From Octopus vulgaris (Eukaryota), in NCBI GenBank assembly GCA_951406725.2, contig OX597825.1:71672001-71736000 (forward strand): 64,000 nucleotides of DNA. Direction: 5' to 3'. Within the stretch, counting starts at the first letter, position 1; the number at the start of each line of letters is the position of its first letter. Shown here piece after piece: positions 1-12,421 of this stretch. The notes beneath the pieces were generated by a model, which worked only from the letters and a program-made list of their open reading frames with translations, searched no databases and was not told the DNA's origin. The position numbers were made by a program, and so were the translations under genes.

Positions 1-1
1 A

Positions 2-1144
2 AATCAGTTCAAGACTTTAATATTGATGCCATTTCAAGGACAAATAGTGAGATTTTATCAGAATATTGAATTAACTATTGAAAAAGAAAGCGCGAACACT
101 ACCTCTAAAAACACCAATAAAAAACTGTTACCATCGCTGTGTCGAATAGAATTGTTGAATGAAGATGAGAAAACAACGCAATCAAAAGAAATTATTTTAG
201 AAGAAAGTAAAATATGCATATGTTTAGTCGGTTGTAAATGTATTTGTGATCAACCATATACATGCGAAATGATAGACAAGAGAACCACCACTGAATCTCC
301 TGTCAAAGACTTTCCTCATGAGAAACTCTGGGTTATTGTGTGCACAATTTTATTTCTACTTATGCTACTCAATTTACTAAAATTCTCTTTTGGCTTTTGC
401 TTCCCAATTCCCGTTGGCGAAGCAGGGCTATGTGTTTTTATAACAAGTAGCTTTCAGTGTGAATATCTCGAAAAAGATCTTCAGCAAAAAGCAGTAGAGT
501 ACGATGAAGACGGTTACCCAGTGCATCCGAAAACTAAAGAAAGAGTGCGTGCTTTGCAGTACAAGACAATGGGTGCTCTGAATTTATTATTCTTCTTTTA
601 CTTGCCATTTATTGTCTTTCATTGGTTTTTAGCACGAAACAAGATAAATAAAAAGAAAAAGGATATAACGTGGGACAAGTTAGAAACAACTGTTGAAATG
701 GTCAAAGAAGGCGATGACAACTTTTGTTTGCACCGTGCTTTGAAAAGAGCATCATGTCAAACAATATCATCAGATCAGTCCGAATTGCCAGACCCCGTCC
801 AAGAAGAAAGGAATTCTATATTAGAGGAATATGGTAGAAGAATATATAAAGGGAAATGTGGTGAGGAGTCAGTGAAACACCCGTGCGAAAAGTCTCCGAA
901 ATTATCTAAGGATTGCCAACGAAAGAGTAAATTGAAATGTGTGTTTAATAATTTTCGAAAAACAGAGAAAGAACCTAGTTCATGTGAAAGTTCAGACTGT
1001 CAGAAAAGTATTACGGATAATCTTTCAGCATGTATCATACCTGATATTACCCAAACTATTCGCGACGGTCACGAGAGTAGTTCATCTGAGCCTTCTTCAT
1101 GTTCATCATTCAAGAGAACTCCTAAAAAAGATAAATGTTCTTGA
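2..1144 (+). CDS. HAP2: 3' part of a HAP2/GCS1-like membrane protein (paralog 1; 5' end lies outside the window): domain III end, Cys-rich stem, two hydrophobic segments, short (~170 aa) tail
   Basis: Frame is open from base 2 (NQFKTLILMPFQGQ...) and aligns colinearly with the giant gene at ~18250-19350 (QFKTYTLTPFQGE; CRIELLNED vs CVIELWNED; CICLVGCKCICDQPYTC vs CLCLVGCKCSCDPPYPC; GFCFPIPVGEAGLCVFI; DGYPVHPKTKERVRAL; FFFYLPFI; SDQSELPD). Stop TGA 1142-1144. Confidence 0.75.
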   Translation, partial: NQFKTLILMPFQGQIVRFYQNIELTIEKESANTTSKNTNKKLLPSLCRIELLNEDEKTTQSKEIILEESKICICLVGCKCICDQPYTCEMIDKRTTTESPVKDFPHEKLWVIVCTILFLLMLLNLLKFSFGFCFPIPVGEAGLCVFITSSFQCEYLEKDLQQKAVEYDEDGYPVHPKTKERVRALQYKTMGALNLLFFFYLPFIVFHWFLARNKINKKKKDITWDKLETTVEMVKEGDDNFCLHRALKRASCQTISSDQSELPDPVQEERNSILEEYGRRIYKGKCGEESVKHPCEKSPKLSKDCQRKSKLKCVFNNFRKTEKEPSSCESSDCQKSITDNLSACIIPDITQTIRDGHESSSSEPSSCSSFKRTPKKDKCS

Positions 1145-1760
1145 ATTTCATTGGCAGAATTTGTGAAACAGTTTAATATAAAAGTTGCCATTAAAAATAT
1201 TTGTAAATCTTGGGGGAAAGTGACAAACTGCAACATATTTTACCATTGTTCATTGGTAGAATTTGTGAACCTGTTTAATATATTTTTAAAAAAACGCCAT
1301 TTAAAATATTCTTGAATCGTGGGGAAATGTGAAAACCAACATATTTGATTTCAGTGTGCTTAATATTTCAATGACACACTAACAGAGGAATTTTTTTGAA
1401 GAAATACTTAACATTGGAATAGAGCTTGGTTTCGTAAAAATAGACGATATAGATGTTCACGATTTATTTGAATCCTATTCGAAAGGACTAACTCTCAGGA
1501 CATTCTTAATGTAGATCAACAAGCGGGTATACAAAGAAGACGAAGCTGAGTCGATGAAATGTACCACAAATTAAAGGAGTGACTGTAAAATAATTTTATG
1601 TTATGTTTCTCGAATACGAAATTTAAACTATTTGTGATGAATATCGATCCTAACGAACTTCATAACTATAGACAGTTACAGGCAAAGGCAACGAAAGAAG
1701 AATATATTAATGCGTATCAAATTACCATGGTTAAGTATTTTTATTTTTTCAAAGGAAAAA
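1145..1760 (+). mobile_element. Degenerate Tigger/pogo-like transposase remnant with an internal ~103 bp tandem duplication
   Basis: Translations ISLAEFVKQFNIKVAIKNICKSWGKVT, EEILNIGIELGFVKIDDIDVHDLFESYSKGLT and FVMNIDPNE resemble the C-terminal region of Tigger transposases; 1146-1243 is imperfectly repeated at 1249-1346; frameshifts and stops present. Confidence 0.55.
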
Positions 1761-2056
1761 ATTCGTGAAAAGATTATTTTCCGACGTTTTTAGGTAGACT
1801 GCAGTAAAACAATGTTGCATTTCCAATAAATTGTTGAATACTAAGCACATTTTTACCTGTCCTTATTACATTTTCTTCTTTAAGGATAAAACATAAATGA
1901 TAAAATAGTGACCAAGTGTTTTCACACATATACACACGTGCACACTCATACATACATGTATATAGTACATTTAAAAGTAGACAAGGAATACAATAAATAA
2001 ATTTTTGAATTTTATACATTGAATAAGTCTGCTGATTACATTCGAAAGTATGTATG

Positions 2057-2102
<46 letters not shown>

Positions 2103-2103
2103 T

Positions 2104-2136
<33 letters not shown>

Positions 2137-2549
2137 TGCACATACATACATACACTGTGGTTGTCGACTTGTAGATGAATATGACCATCTGTGACAAATG
2201 AGCTTATCCTAGATCTTAAAAATAATTGGTTATCAGCAATGCCCGTGCTGAAATTTAAAGTCAATAACAGCTTGCACAACACTGCCACGACTCCCACCTA
2301 CGAAGCCAAGTAGTCCAGAAACAAGCAAGAACATCTCCTGCTTCGGAATTTCTTTCTCATAGAGAGATGTCTAAACAAAGCATAGGAGGCTCTCACTCCC
2401 AGTTATTGGGTAACCTTGACTCTACTGAGTTCATCCGTCCTTTGACTGGATGAATTTTTTTTTCGTCCTGCAGAGTGTTCCCCGCAAACAACCCTCCTTA
2501 CCAAGCATGCTTTGTAGGGTTGCGAAAGGTTGTATTGGTTACTCAGTAG

Positions 2550-2780
2550 GGCGGCGAGCTGGCAGAATCGTTAGCACGCCGGACGAAATTCTTAGCTGTA
2601 TTTCGTCTGCCGCTACGTTCTGAGTTCAAATTCCGCCGAGCTCGACTTTGCCTCTCATCCTTTCGGGGTCGATTAAATAAGTACCAGTTACGCACTGGGG
2701 TCGATGTAATCGAATTAATACGTTAGTCTGGCCTTGTTTGTCCCCTCTATGTTTAGCCCCTTGTAGGTAATAAAGAAATA
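2550..2780 (+). mobile_element. tRNA-derived SINE, family A
   Basis: ggcggcgagctggcagaa head, gagttcaaattcc B-box-like motif, many copies in window; direct repeat aggttgtattggttac at 2527-2542 and 2780-2795. Confidence 0.85.
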
Positions 2781-2831
2781 GGTTGTATTGGTTACATGTT
2801 TCTAGTAGCACCACGAGTGATCTGACCTGAC

Positions 2832-2916
<85 letters not shown>

Positions 2917-3606
2917 ATTGCAAGAGGAGAGAGAAAATTACTGCTCAGTAAAGCTGCATAGAGGAGTTAGGGGTACACCTTTCTTGGTATTACTGTCATA
3001 ACTGAGAATGAAGTAGGCCTAGTGACATGATTCAAGATGACTAGAATATTTTACTAGCTCTTGAAGTCTGCTGGAAATCCAGCTTTTCGGAAACCACTTT
3101 AAAGCTGACAACCACAATTGTTTTCTTTCTCAGAGTATACGCCATTAATGTTTTAGCATTTTCCTTCTTGCACTCACCGCCAAGGTTGTAGAGCGGTAAT
3201 TATTAAGCGTCTGGGTATATCTATCAAAGTTGGACTACACACTACATACCGAAACTCTCAGTTCCTCTGAGTTTCCTTGTTAAGTTGACCTAGCCCCGCA
3301 AAGCATCCAGTTATTGTATGTTGCCACAGGGAGGTTAAGCAGAAACTTTGGTGAACAAAGAGTCACACACCTGGCTGCTTTCCGCTTCACCGGTTGAGTT
3401 ATCCGGTGGTGTGTGTAAGAACTATTGCACTAGAGCAACACATCAACCTTCACCCACACACACACGTACGCATGCGCACATATAGCATCCCTCGATTAGC
3501 ACGTTAACTGGTACCGTGAAAGAACATCCTCTGTGCTAACTGACTACAATAATCTATATAAATACAGTAATTTGTGCAAGAGCATTTTCAATATGCGTAG
3601 GATATA

Positions 3607-4037
3607 GGCGTAGGAGTAGCTGTGCGGTAAGTAGCTTGCTTACGAACCACATGGTTTCGGGTTCAGTTCCACTGCGTGGCACCTTGGGCAAGTGTCTTCT
3701 GCTATAGCCTCGGGCCGCCCAAAGCCTTGTGAGTGGATTTGCTAGACAGAAACTGAAAGAAGTCCGTTGTATATTGTATATATATATATATATTTGTATA
3801 TATGTATATATATATATATATGTATGTGTGTGTATATGTTTGTGCATCTGTTTTTGTCCCCCCAACATCGCTTGACAACCGATGCTGGCGTGTTTACGTC
3901 CCGTAACTTAGCGGTTCGGCAAAAGAGACCGATAGAATAAGTACTAGACTTACAAAGAATAAGTCCTGGGGTTCGATTTGCTCGACTAAAGGCGGTGCTC
4001 CAGCATGGCCACAGTCAAATGACTGAAACAAGTAAAA
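3607..4037 (+). mobile_element. tRNA-derived SINE, family B (CORE-like segment, internal TA/TG microsatellite)
   Basis: ggcg(c/t)aggagtggctgtgtggtaag head, ggttcagt(c/t)cc B-box-like motif, ccttgggcaagtg core, ...gactgaaacaagtaaaa tail; at least 9 copies in window. Confidence 0.85.
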
Positions 4038-4199
4038 AAAAAAATATGCGGTTGGATTTATGAATTTAGTTTTACCATATTTTAATGTGATATAATAATA
4101 AAGAGTAATGAAAATGTGTTCACTCTGCAACAGTTTATGGGAGTGAATTGGCCGAGTCATTTGAGCATCGGCTGGAATGAATGCCTCACGGTATTTATA

Positions 4200-4645
4200 G
4201 GCGGCGACTGTCCTTGTTTGTCCCCTCTGTGTTTAGCCCCTTGTGGGTAATAAAGAAATAGGTATTTATAGGCGGCGAGCTGGCAGAAACGTTAGCACGC
4301 CGGGCGAAATGCTTAGCGGTATTTCGTCTGCGTTACGTTGTGAGTTCAAATTCCGCCGAGGTCGACTTTGCCTTTCATCCTTTCGAGGTCGATAAATTAA
4401 GTACCAGTTACGCACTGGGGTCGATGTAATCGACTTAATACCTATGTCTGTCCTTGTTTATCCCCTCTGTGTTTAGCCGCTTGTGGGTAATAAAGAAATA
4501 GGTATTTATCTCTGCGTTACGTTTCGGGGTCGATAAATTAAGTACCAGTTACGCACTGGGGTCGATGTAATCGACTTAATACCTATGTCTGTCCTTGTTT
4601 GTCCCCTCTGTGTTTAGCCCCTTGTGAGTAATAAAGAAATAGGTA
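4200..4645 (+). mobile_element. Compound SINE family A (one full copy plus partial duplications)
   Basis: Full copy 4270-4500 flanked by partial repeats of the 3' body. Confidence 0.8.
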
Positions 4646-4974
4646 TTTATCTCTGCTCTCCACAGTCTATGATCGAATCTTACTGCGACCAATTTTGCTT
4701 TCTATCCTTTCGGGGTCGATAATTAAAATGCCTGTCAAAGATCCTTCCCGAGTTACTCTCATAAGATCGCTTTCCCGGATTCTGTGGCGCATGTGTCGCT
4801 GTAGCTGATAAAAGTAGCAGTCGTGCCGTATTAAAAACAAGGAATTTTGAATATTTTTATCCACAGCAGCAATATGTTTTCATTCTCTTATCGTCACCAC
4901 AGGAAACTTGTAACATCCGGTATGTCGATCAGCTAAAATTAGCAAAATTTCCAACTCTAAGGCTTGCAGGGTTG

Positions 4975-4977
4975 TTG

Positions 4978-5015
<38 letters not shown>

Positions 5016-5275
5016 GAGTGAGAGAGCAGTTCATGCCATCAAAGTGACACTGGGGTAAAATATACGAAGCCCAATATACCCATCATGACTACCCGTCTGA
5101 TAAGGGTACACCAGGCACATGCATCACAACCATATGTGCGCGACATGGTGATCTCATATCAAGATAAACTGCGTATGACCTTGCAGGTGGGGCCCAGTTA
5201 GAATTTTCTTCGGGTTGAGTAACCCATCCCGCTCAAAAGGTCCCTGAATAAGGGTTGTTTAAGGATGTTGAAAGA

Positions 5276-5330
<55 letters not shown>

Positions 5331-5485
5331 TATGTTTGACTTTTGCTTTACATTTGCACAAGCTGGTTCCAAGTCTCACCCAGAGACCTCAAGAGACAAC
5401 AAGTTGGAAGTTCGTGTTGGTGTTATGCCTAGGGTGCCATATATTTGGTTTTGTACATAGTGTTGTACTATTATTATTATTATTA

Positions 5486-5560
<75 letters not shown>
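4975..5560. repeat. (ATT)n microsatellites separating short interspersed-repeat fragments
   Basis: ATT runs at ~4981-5014, 5275-5329, 5469-5558. Confidence 0.9.
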
Positions 5561-5561
<1 letters not shown>

Positions 5562-5937
5562 ATTAAGAAAAGACGTCATCTATCTTAATTAATGCGATAT
5601 TCTGTTTGTCCGGGTCTCCTGTATCTCAGTTCTACATAATTTGACCACATGAAGAGCAAGAACAGATATATACAGGAAAGTCCATGTACATTGATATCAA
5701 AATAATTGAGTTTTCCTGAGGAGACATGACATTTAGATTTGAAAATTTTGGACTGGAATCACAATACTTGGAATAATGGTCCTTCTATGCTAAACACCAT
5801 GGGTTTGATTTCTATTTTTGGATCCAGGTTTCTGAATCTTAATGGGATCATAGAAAATGTGAAGTTTGCTGTTTCTGATGGTAAAATTTCGTTAAATTTC
5901 ATTAGGGAATTCTCTACGGTTGTAAATGTTTGTTTTG

Positions 5938-6300
5938 TGGAGGCGCAATGGCCCAGTGGTTAGGGCAGCAGACTCGCGGTCGTAGGATCGCGGTTTCGAT
6001 TCCCAGACCGGGCGTTGTGAGTGTTTATTGAGCGAAAACACCTAAAAGCTCCACGAGGCTCCGGCAGGGGATGGTGGTGATCCCTGCTGTACTCTTTCAC
6101 CACAACTTTCTCTCACTCTTACTTCCTGTTTCTGTTGTACCTGTATTTCAAAGGGCCGGCCTTGTCACTCTCTGTGTCACGTTAAGGGTACACGTATCTG
6201 TGGAGTGCTCGGCCACTTACACGTTAATTTCACGAGCAGGCTGTTCCGTTGATCGGATCAACCGGAACCCTCATCGTCGTAACCGACGGAGTGCTTCCAT
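5938..6300 (+). mobile_element. tRNA-derived SINE, family C
   Basis: A box tggcccagtgg and B box ggtttcgattcc; second copy at 13495; 13-bp TSD aaatgtttgtttt at 5924-5936 and 6302-6314. Confidence 0.85.
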
Positions 6301-6510
6301 GAAATGTTTGTTTTATAGGTATTCATATTTTCTAGTTATTTAGGGGTGATATCGGTGACCTTCGGTGACCTTTTCATATAGCATAGCATTGTTTAGGTCC
6401 TCGTTGTATATATTCTTATCAATGAAGCAGAACGTCATGGACCGAGAAAAGAGACCTGTGACCTACTCATGTGCTTGATTGTCAAGTTACGATCACTCGA
6501 AATGCAAACC

Positions 6511-6741
6511 TATTTCTTTACTACCCACAAGGGGCTAAACATAGAGCGGACAAACAAGGACAGACACACGGATTAAGTCGATTACATCGACCCCAGTGCG
6601 TAACTGGTACTTAATTTATCGACCCCGAAAGGATGAAAGGCAAAGTCGACCTCGGCGGAATTTGAACTCAGAACGCACTGGCGGACGAAATACCACAAAG
6701 CATTTCGTCCGGCGTGCTAACGTTTCTGCCAGCTCGCCGCC
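6511..6741 (-). mobile_element. SINE family A
   Basis: Reverse complement of family A; direct repeat ctcgaaatgcaaacc at 6496-6510 and 6748-6762. Confidence 0.85.
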
Positions 6742-6874
6742 TTGCAGCTCGAAATGCAAACCATTTTCCGCTTCTCATCCAACGACAGACCATTAACCGC
6801 TAGAATTTGCTAAGGGATCTCTAACCCAGCGGAATTTTTCTGTAGACAACGATGTGAAGTAAGGAGCAATCTTT

Positions 6875-7269
6875 GGATCTTTTCGGTTTGAACGGCAGTT
6901 TTTTCTAGCGGTGTCATATGAAATTGTCACCCATAATTATGATCCTAGTATCGATCTATTACATTTCAATATGTTTTAGGGTTAGGGGTGGGGGAAGGGT
7001 ATCTTTTTTTCTTCCCAAATGTAAATAAACCCAATCTGTTTCTTAAATGAGGGACATATTCATACGGCACAGAATGTTTTTTTACCTCAATGGACGTCAT
7101 TGATTGGTTGAAATTTCAGAAATTGAAGAAAAAAAACAACAAATATCTTACAAACCATAGAATTTTCTCAATAAAGCCAAGAGAAAAAGATGTTTTATGA
7201 AAACATTCTACCAGTATACGAAGTTTAAAAGTGTTTAGTTACCTGGAAATTATGTTAAAAACTGCCGTC
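6875..7269 (+). mobile_element. MITE family D (right TIR truncated)
   Basis: Left TIR ggatcttttcggtttgaacggcag; body matches the complete copy at 9212-9633. Confidence 0.8.
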
Positions 7270-7309
7270 ATGAGAAACTGAGACTATCTACATTAGTATT
7301 GACGACAAA

Positions 7310-7699
7310 CTCTTTACTTGTTTCGGTTATTTGACTGTGGCCATGCTGGAGCACCGCCTTTAGTCGAGCAAATCGACCCCAGGGCTTATTCTTTGTAAGC
7401 CTAGTACTTATTCTATCGGTCTCTTTTGCCGAACCGCTAAGTTACGTAAACGTAAACACACCCGCATCGGTTGTCAAGCGATGTTAGGGGGACAAACACA
7501 CACACACACACTTACACACACACACACACACATATACGACGGGCTTCTTTCAGTTTCTGTCTACCAAATCCACTCACAAGGCTTTGGTCGGCCCGAAGCT
7601 ACAGTAGAAGACACTTGCCCACGGTGCCACGCAGTGGGACTGAACCCGGAACCATGTGGTTCGTAAGCAAGCTACTTACCACACAGCCACTCCTACGCC
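7310..7699 (-). mobile_element. SINE family B
   Basis: Reverse complement of family B consensus. Confidence 0.85.
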
Positions 7700-8356
7700 T
7701 GTAAACTACAAACTTCATTTTTATGGATATTTGCTTATGCCTGCAGCTGATGTAGAATTCAACGAGTCTTCTTCGCATTCTATTCCAACGGGAATTCCGG
7801 ATCAAAACCGCTACTTGGATCATCCTCGACATCACTTCAAAATATTGCTCGGACTTGTCTCGAAAAAATGTCTCTCCATGATCTGTAACTGAAAAGTGGG
7901 GAAACAACGTTTTATTCGTGATACTAAATAGCTGAAATTGAGTATGAATCTCCCTGTCATACACACTACCCATTTGCTCCACACAAATGTGACGCACCAC
8001 AACCGTTTGAAATCAGAGCTATTTGAAACACCCGGATCGCGGTTTTTGTAAAGTGGGGAACTTGGATATAAGACGTTTACCTGATGGGGGTGGAGTGTTT
8101 ATGTAAAGGGTTGAATACGGAGTGTTTCAATCTAGAATTTTTATCATCAGGTTTAGCGTTGTTGGAGAAGGACACTGTAGGGTTCTTAGGTAGGGAATAA
8201 ACATTCTTATTGAGATAAAAAGTTAGCTTCAGAACTAATATATATATATATATATAAATTTTAAATGTGGGTGAGAAATTAGATATTAATTTAATTAACA
8301 TCAATTTCACATCAGTGGTCTAGCATATAAAAATCTGAAGGTTCAGTAAATTGTAT

Positions 8357-8482
8357 TATATACATATGAGAGGGATGACCACTATGTGGACAACCCTTAT
8401 GCTAGAAGTAGATCCGCTATGGACCATATAAGGGTTGTATAAGGGTTGTCCACATAGTGGTCATCCCTCTCATATGTATATA
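8357..8482. repeat. Near-perfect ~44 bp inverted repeat (hairpin)
   Basis: tatatacatatgagagggatgaccactatgtggacaacccttat ... ataagggttgtccacatagtggtcatccctctcatatgtatata. Confidence 0.85.
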
Positions 8483-8872
8483 TATATATATATAATTAAT
8501 TAATAAGGGTAATTATTTCATCCAGATAGTCTTGGCTGACGAGCTACAAATGGATTTTTGTAAGTAATATTACATTTAATTCATTAATAGCGAAACAATT
8601 GTCCCAAAATAATCTGTATTTTTGTTATTTTTTATTTGCCCTGTCCGTGTGAGCTAACAGTCGTACTGGCTTTCATGGGAAACATGTATTTTCGTGGTTG
8701 AAACCTTTTGGATTAACTGGTGCTAGAGTGAGCAATATACCTGGAACACACAAGTGCAAACAAGGGAGTCAGAGAAAGGCAGAATGCCACTTAAATCTGA
8801 ACACTACTATAGAAATATTCTTTTAAAAAAACTTTTCTTCTAATTTTTCTAAATTTAATTATTTAATCGTTA

Positions 8873-8910
8873 CAGTTGAAAAGGTCTCAAAATGACCGAA
8901 ACCGGTACTG
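8873..8910 (+). ncRNA. Minimal type I hammerhead-ribozyme-like motif (U3-A8 core variant) in a repeat also present at 45760-45960 (-)
   Basis: cag / ttgaaaa / ggtc-tcaaaat-gacc / gaaa / ccgg-ta / ctg: stem I, core variant, stem II, GAAA, palindromic stem III accggt, UH site. Confidence 0.5.
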
Positions 8911-8958
8911 AAATGTTCATATAAAATTATTTTAGCATTTTCTATTTTTTACTTGTTT

Positions 8959-9004
<46 letters not shown>

Positions 9005-9058
9005 ATATATATATATATATATATTTTAAGTTAATACACGTACACATACACATACCCG

Positions 9059-9093
<35 letters not shown>

Positions 9094-9211
9094 GTGTGTG
9101 TGTGTGCATATATGCATTCATATTTATTGTTCCAAAGGTCTTATACAGAAATATGAGAAAACACCAATGAAAGATTAAACTGGAACCTAAGGTAAGTCTA
9201 AAGGAAAAGTT

Positions 9212-9633
9212 GGATCTTTTCGGTTTGAATGGCAGTTTTTAACATAATTTCTAGGTAAATAAAAAATTTTAAACTTCGTATACTGGTAGGATGTGTTTAT
9301 AAAACATCTTTCTCTCTTGGCTTTATTGAGAAAATTCTATGTTTGTAAGATATTTGTTGCTTTTTTTCTTCTATTTCTGCAATTTCAACCAATCACTGAT
9401 GTCTATTGAGGTAAAAAACATTCTGTGCCGTATGAATATGTCCCTCGTTTAAGAAACAGATTGGGTTTATTTACATTTGTGAAGAAAAAAAGATACCTTT
9501 CATCCCAACCTTAACCCTAACTCTATCCCTAAAACAGATTGAAATGCAATAGCTCGATACTAGGGTCATAATTATGGGTGACAATTTCATATGACACCGC
9601 TAGAAAAAGCTGCCGTTCAAACCGAAAAGATCC
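9212..9633 (-). mobile_element. Complete MITE family D (~420 bp, GG-start TIRs, 8-bp TSD; Merlin-like by structure)
   Basis: TIRs ggatcttttcggtttgaa(t/c)ggcag ... ctgccgttcaaaccgaaaagatcc; TSD gaaaagtt at 9204-9211 and 9634-9641. Confidence 0.85.
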
Positions 9634-9661
9634 GAAAAGTTCTCCTTCATATATATAACAC

Positions 9662-9698
<37 letters not shown>

Positions 9699-9789
9699 GA
9701 CCTTTATATAAATAAATAACGTGAAATACACGAAGAGACGAACAAAAAGACAAACAGGTCAAGGCCTTCGGGCTAAAACATTTTCAAGG

Positions 9790-9972
<183 letters not shown>

Positions 9973-10351
9973 AAATAACGATCATTATAACATACGTTGC
10001 CATTAATGAAATCGATTTAAAGTATTTGTGATTCTTGTAACTACTACGCTATAGCCCGGGTCCGTATTAATGACGCTAACAAACTGACGAGAGCTAAAGA
10101 GAGTTAAAAGAAATCCTGTAGGCTTGTAAATATGAGGTTGAGCTAGAGTGTGTTTACAGTTAGATGCGTGAACAAGCCGCTTCAGCACTTGGGTGTTCGA
10201 TACGCGCGCATGTGCATGATTACTTTGTACATGCACACACCGAAGTGTGTGTAAATATTCATCTAAAGAGAGGTAATATTTGTCCCCACTAAACGTGGGT
10301 GTTCTGTTAGAACAAACTGTAGGATTTTTGTTATCTAACACGAGATCATGC

Positions 10352-10840
10352 ATCTTTTCGAGATGAACGGCAGTTTTTTCTAGCGGTGTCATATGAAATT
10401 GTCACCCATAATTATGACCCTAGTATCGATCTATTGCATTTCAATCTGTTTTAGGGTTAGGGTTAGTTAGGGTATCTTTTTTTTCTTCCCAAATATAAAT
10501 AAACCCAATCTGTTTCTTAAACGAGGGACATATTCATACGGCACATAATGTTATTTACCTCAATGGACGTCATCGATTGGTTGAAATTGCAGAAATTGAA
10601 GAAGAAAAAAACAACAAATATCTTACAAACTATAGGATTTTCTCAATAAAGCCAAGAGAAAAAGATGTTTTATAAACACATTCTACCAGTATAAGAAGTT
10701 TAAAATTTTTTATTTACCTAGAAATTATGTTGAAAACTGCCGTTCAAACCGAAAAGATCCGAGAGATATATTAGAAATGATCTCAGATCTTTTCGGTTTG
10801 AACGACAGTTTTTAACATAATTTCTAGGTAACTAAAAAAT
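10352..10840 (+). mobile_element. MITE family D copy (10352-10760) plus adjacent partial end (10785-10840)
   Basis: Same body and right TIR aaaactgccgttcaaaccgaaaagatcc; a further terminal fragment follows. Confidence 0.8.
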
Positions 10841-11515
10841 GTTTATCTCTCAAACAGTGAGGATGTCAGCTATGCTACAGAGCCCCCCCTCAGACGTTTT
10901 GTCGTAGACAAAACGGCGATAAAATGGACATTCTGCAGCGAAGAGGTGATATCCGAACGGTTGGTCACATAAACTGGCACTAGGTCACCAATTGGGACGT
11001 TCGAGTGATCGTAAGGCCACTGAAAATAATGGAGGCTTGCGTGTTCGAAAACTAGGGGTCACCATTGTAGGGTTTTTAGTTATCTAACACGAGATCATTT
11101 CTAATATATCTCTCAAACAGTGAAGATGTCAGCTACGCAACAAAACTATTCTGTGGTAGTTACCCCGAGTTGAACTCTCATATCGGCTTTTGGTGCAAAA
11201 TGCATTCTTGTATATATTTCCACCTCCAGCGAGACCACCAGATCACGTGATTTTGACCTTCTTTGATCATGTCAATGATGGACATTCTACCGCTAGAGAT
11301 AGGAGCTATTCATCTCTCCACCAGAGATATATAGAAGAACGGTACCAGAACAGGCGCTGGTGTCACGACTAGCCATTGAGTTTGTTAATATATATATATA
11401 TATTAGCGACAGAGGCAGTGTTAATACGGAGAGGTGCCCAGTTAAACGTGGATGTTAAGTTTGAACAAACTAAACTGCAGTAATGACCATGAGAGAAACT
11501 CGTATACTGGCTTTA

Positions 11516-11813
11516 TCTTTATATATAAAATTGAAGTTGTGTGTGTGAGACTCTGTCTCCTCCGATTTAGATTCCTAACTACTCTCACATTTTGCGGTGC
11601 TGTTTAACCAAAAGCGGGTATCTTATAGTCGTCATACATATCGAGCCCTTCTGGGTATTAGCGCGCGCCTACGATGAGTCTACGATTTAAAAAAAAATTT
11701 ACCATCATTTTTCCGCATTTTTAATGATTTTTGCTCGGGTTATATAAGGGAAGTAACACTCTAAAAATGCTTATATAGTTACAAAGCCGAGCAACGCCGG
11801 GCGATACTGCTAG
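11516..11813 (+). mobile_element. Non-autonomous Helitron-like element, family E
   Basis: 5' TC start after A, 3' hairpin ccgagcaacgccggg followed by CTAG then T; related copy at 57623-58135. Confidence 0.75.
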
Positions 11814-12370
11814 TTGTTTATATAGCTAGTGGGGAGATAAATCTTCGCCACCTTCAGTGCTGAAGCCACCAGATAACGTGGCCTAAAGAATTTCAACTGG
11901 CGAAACTTTGGGGCAGCTTACAAATTTTTGCTGCGCCGCTAATAGATTGGATTTGGAGGGAGTACGTTTGTGTCTTTTGGTCTTTCTTAGAAAATAGCAT
12001 TTCTGGGTTTTTGCGCAAAACCGTAATATGCATGTCTCTTCTATTTTTTAAATTATTATAAATCTTAATGTGTGTATGTGAGCGCACGCTCACGTGTGTG
12101 TGTGTGTGTGTGTGCGTGGGTGTGTAATACGTATAGTTTTCTTTCTTTTTTTTTTCTTTGAACGTTTTCAGTTATTGGACTGCTGTCACACCGAGGCGCC
12201 ATCTTCAAAGGTGTAGTTGATCATATCGATTTTAGGGCTAATTTGGCTATGCTATATATTTTATCGATGTTTGTCGATGCTTTATTGAATTACATTTGTC
12301 GAACGACTATGCCACACGACGTTAACGGACATAAAATAAACACAGACTCAAACACACATGCGCGCACACG

Positions 12371-12421
<51 letters not shown>

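Noticed and set aside
5600-5936. Possible Penelope GIY-YIG remnant on the minus strand
   Set aside because: Only a CSSCGQ-like fragment amid stops; too degenerate to call.
5938-6015. Possible tRNA gene (also 13495 and the heads of SINE A/B)
   Set aside because: A/B boxes are present but continue into a shared SINE body with TSDs; no convincing cloverleaf.
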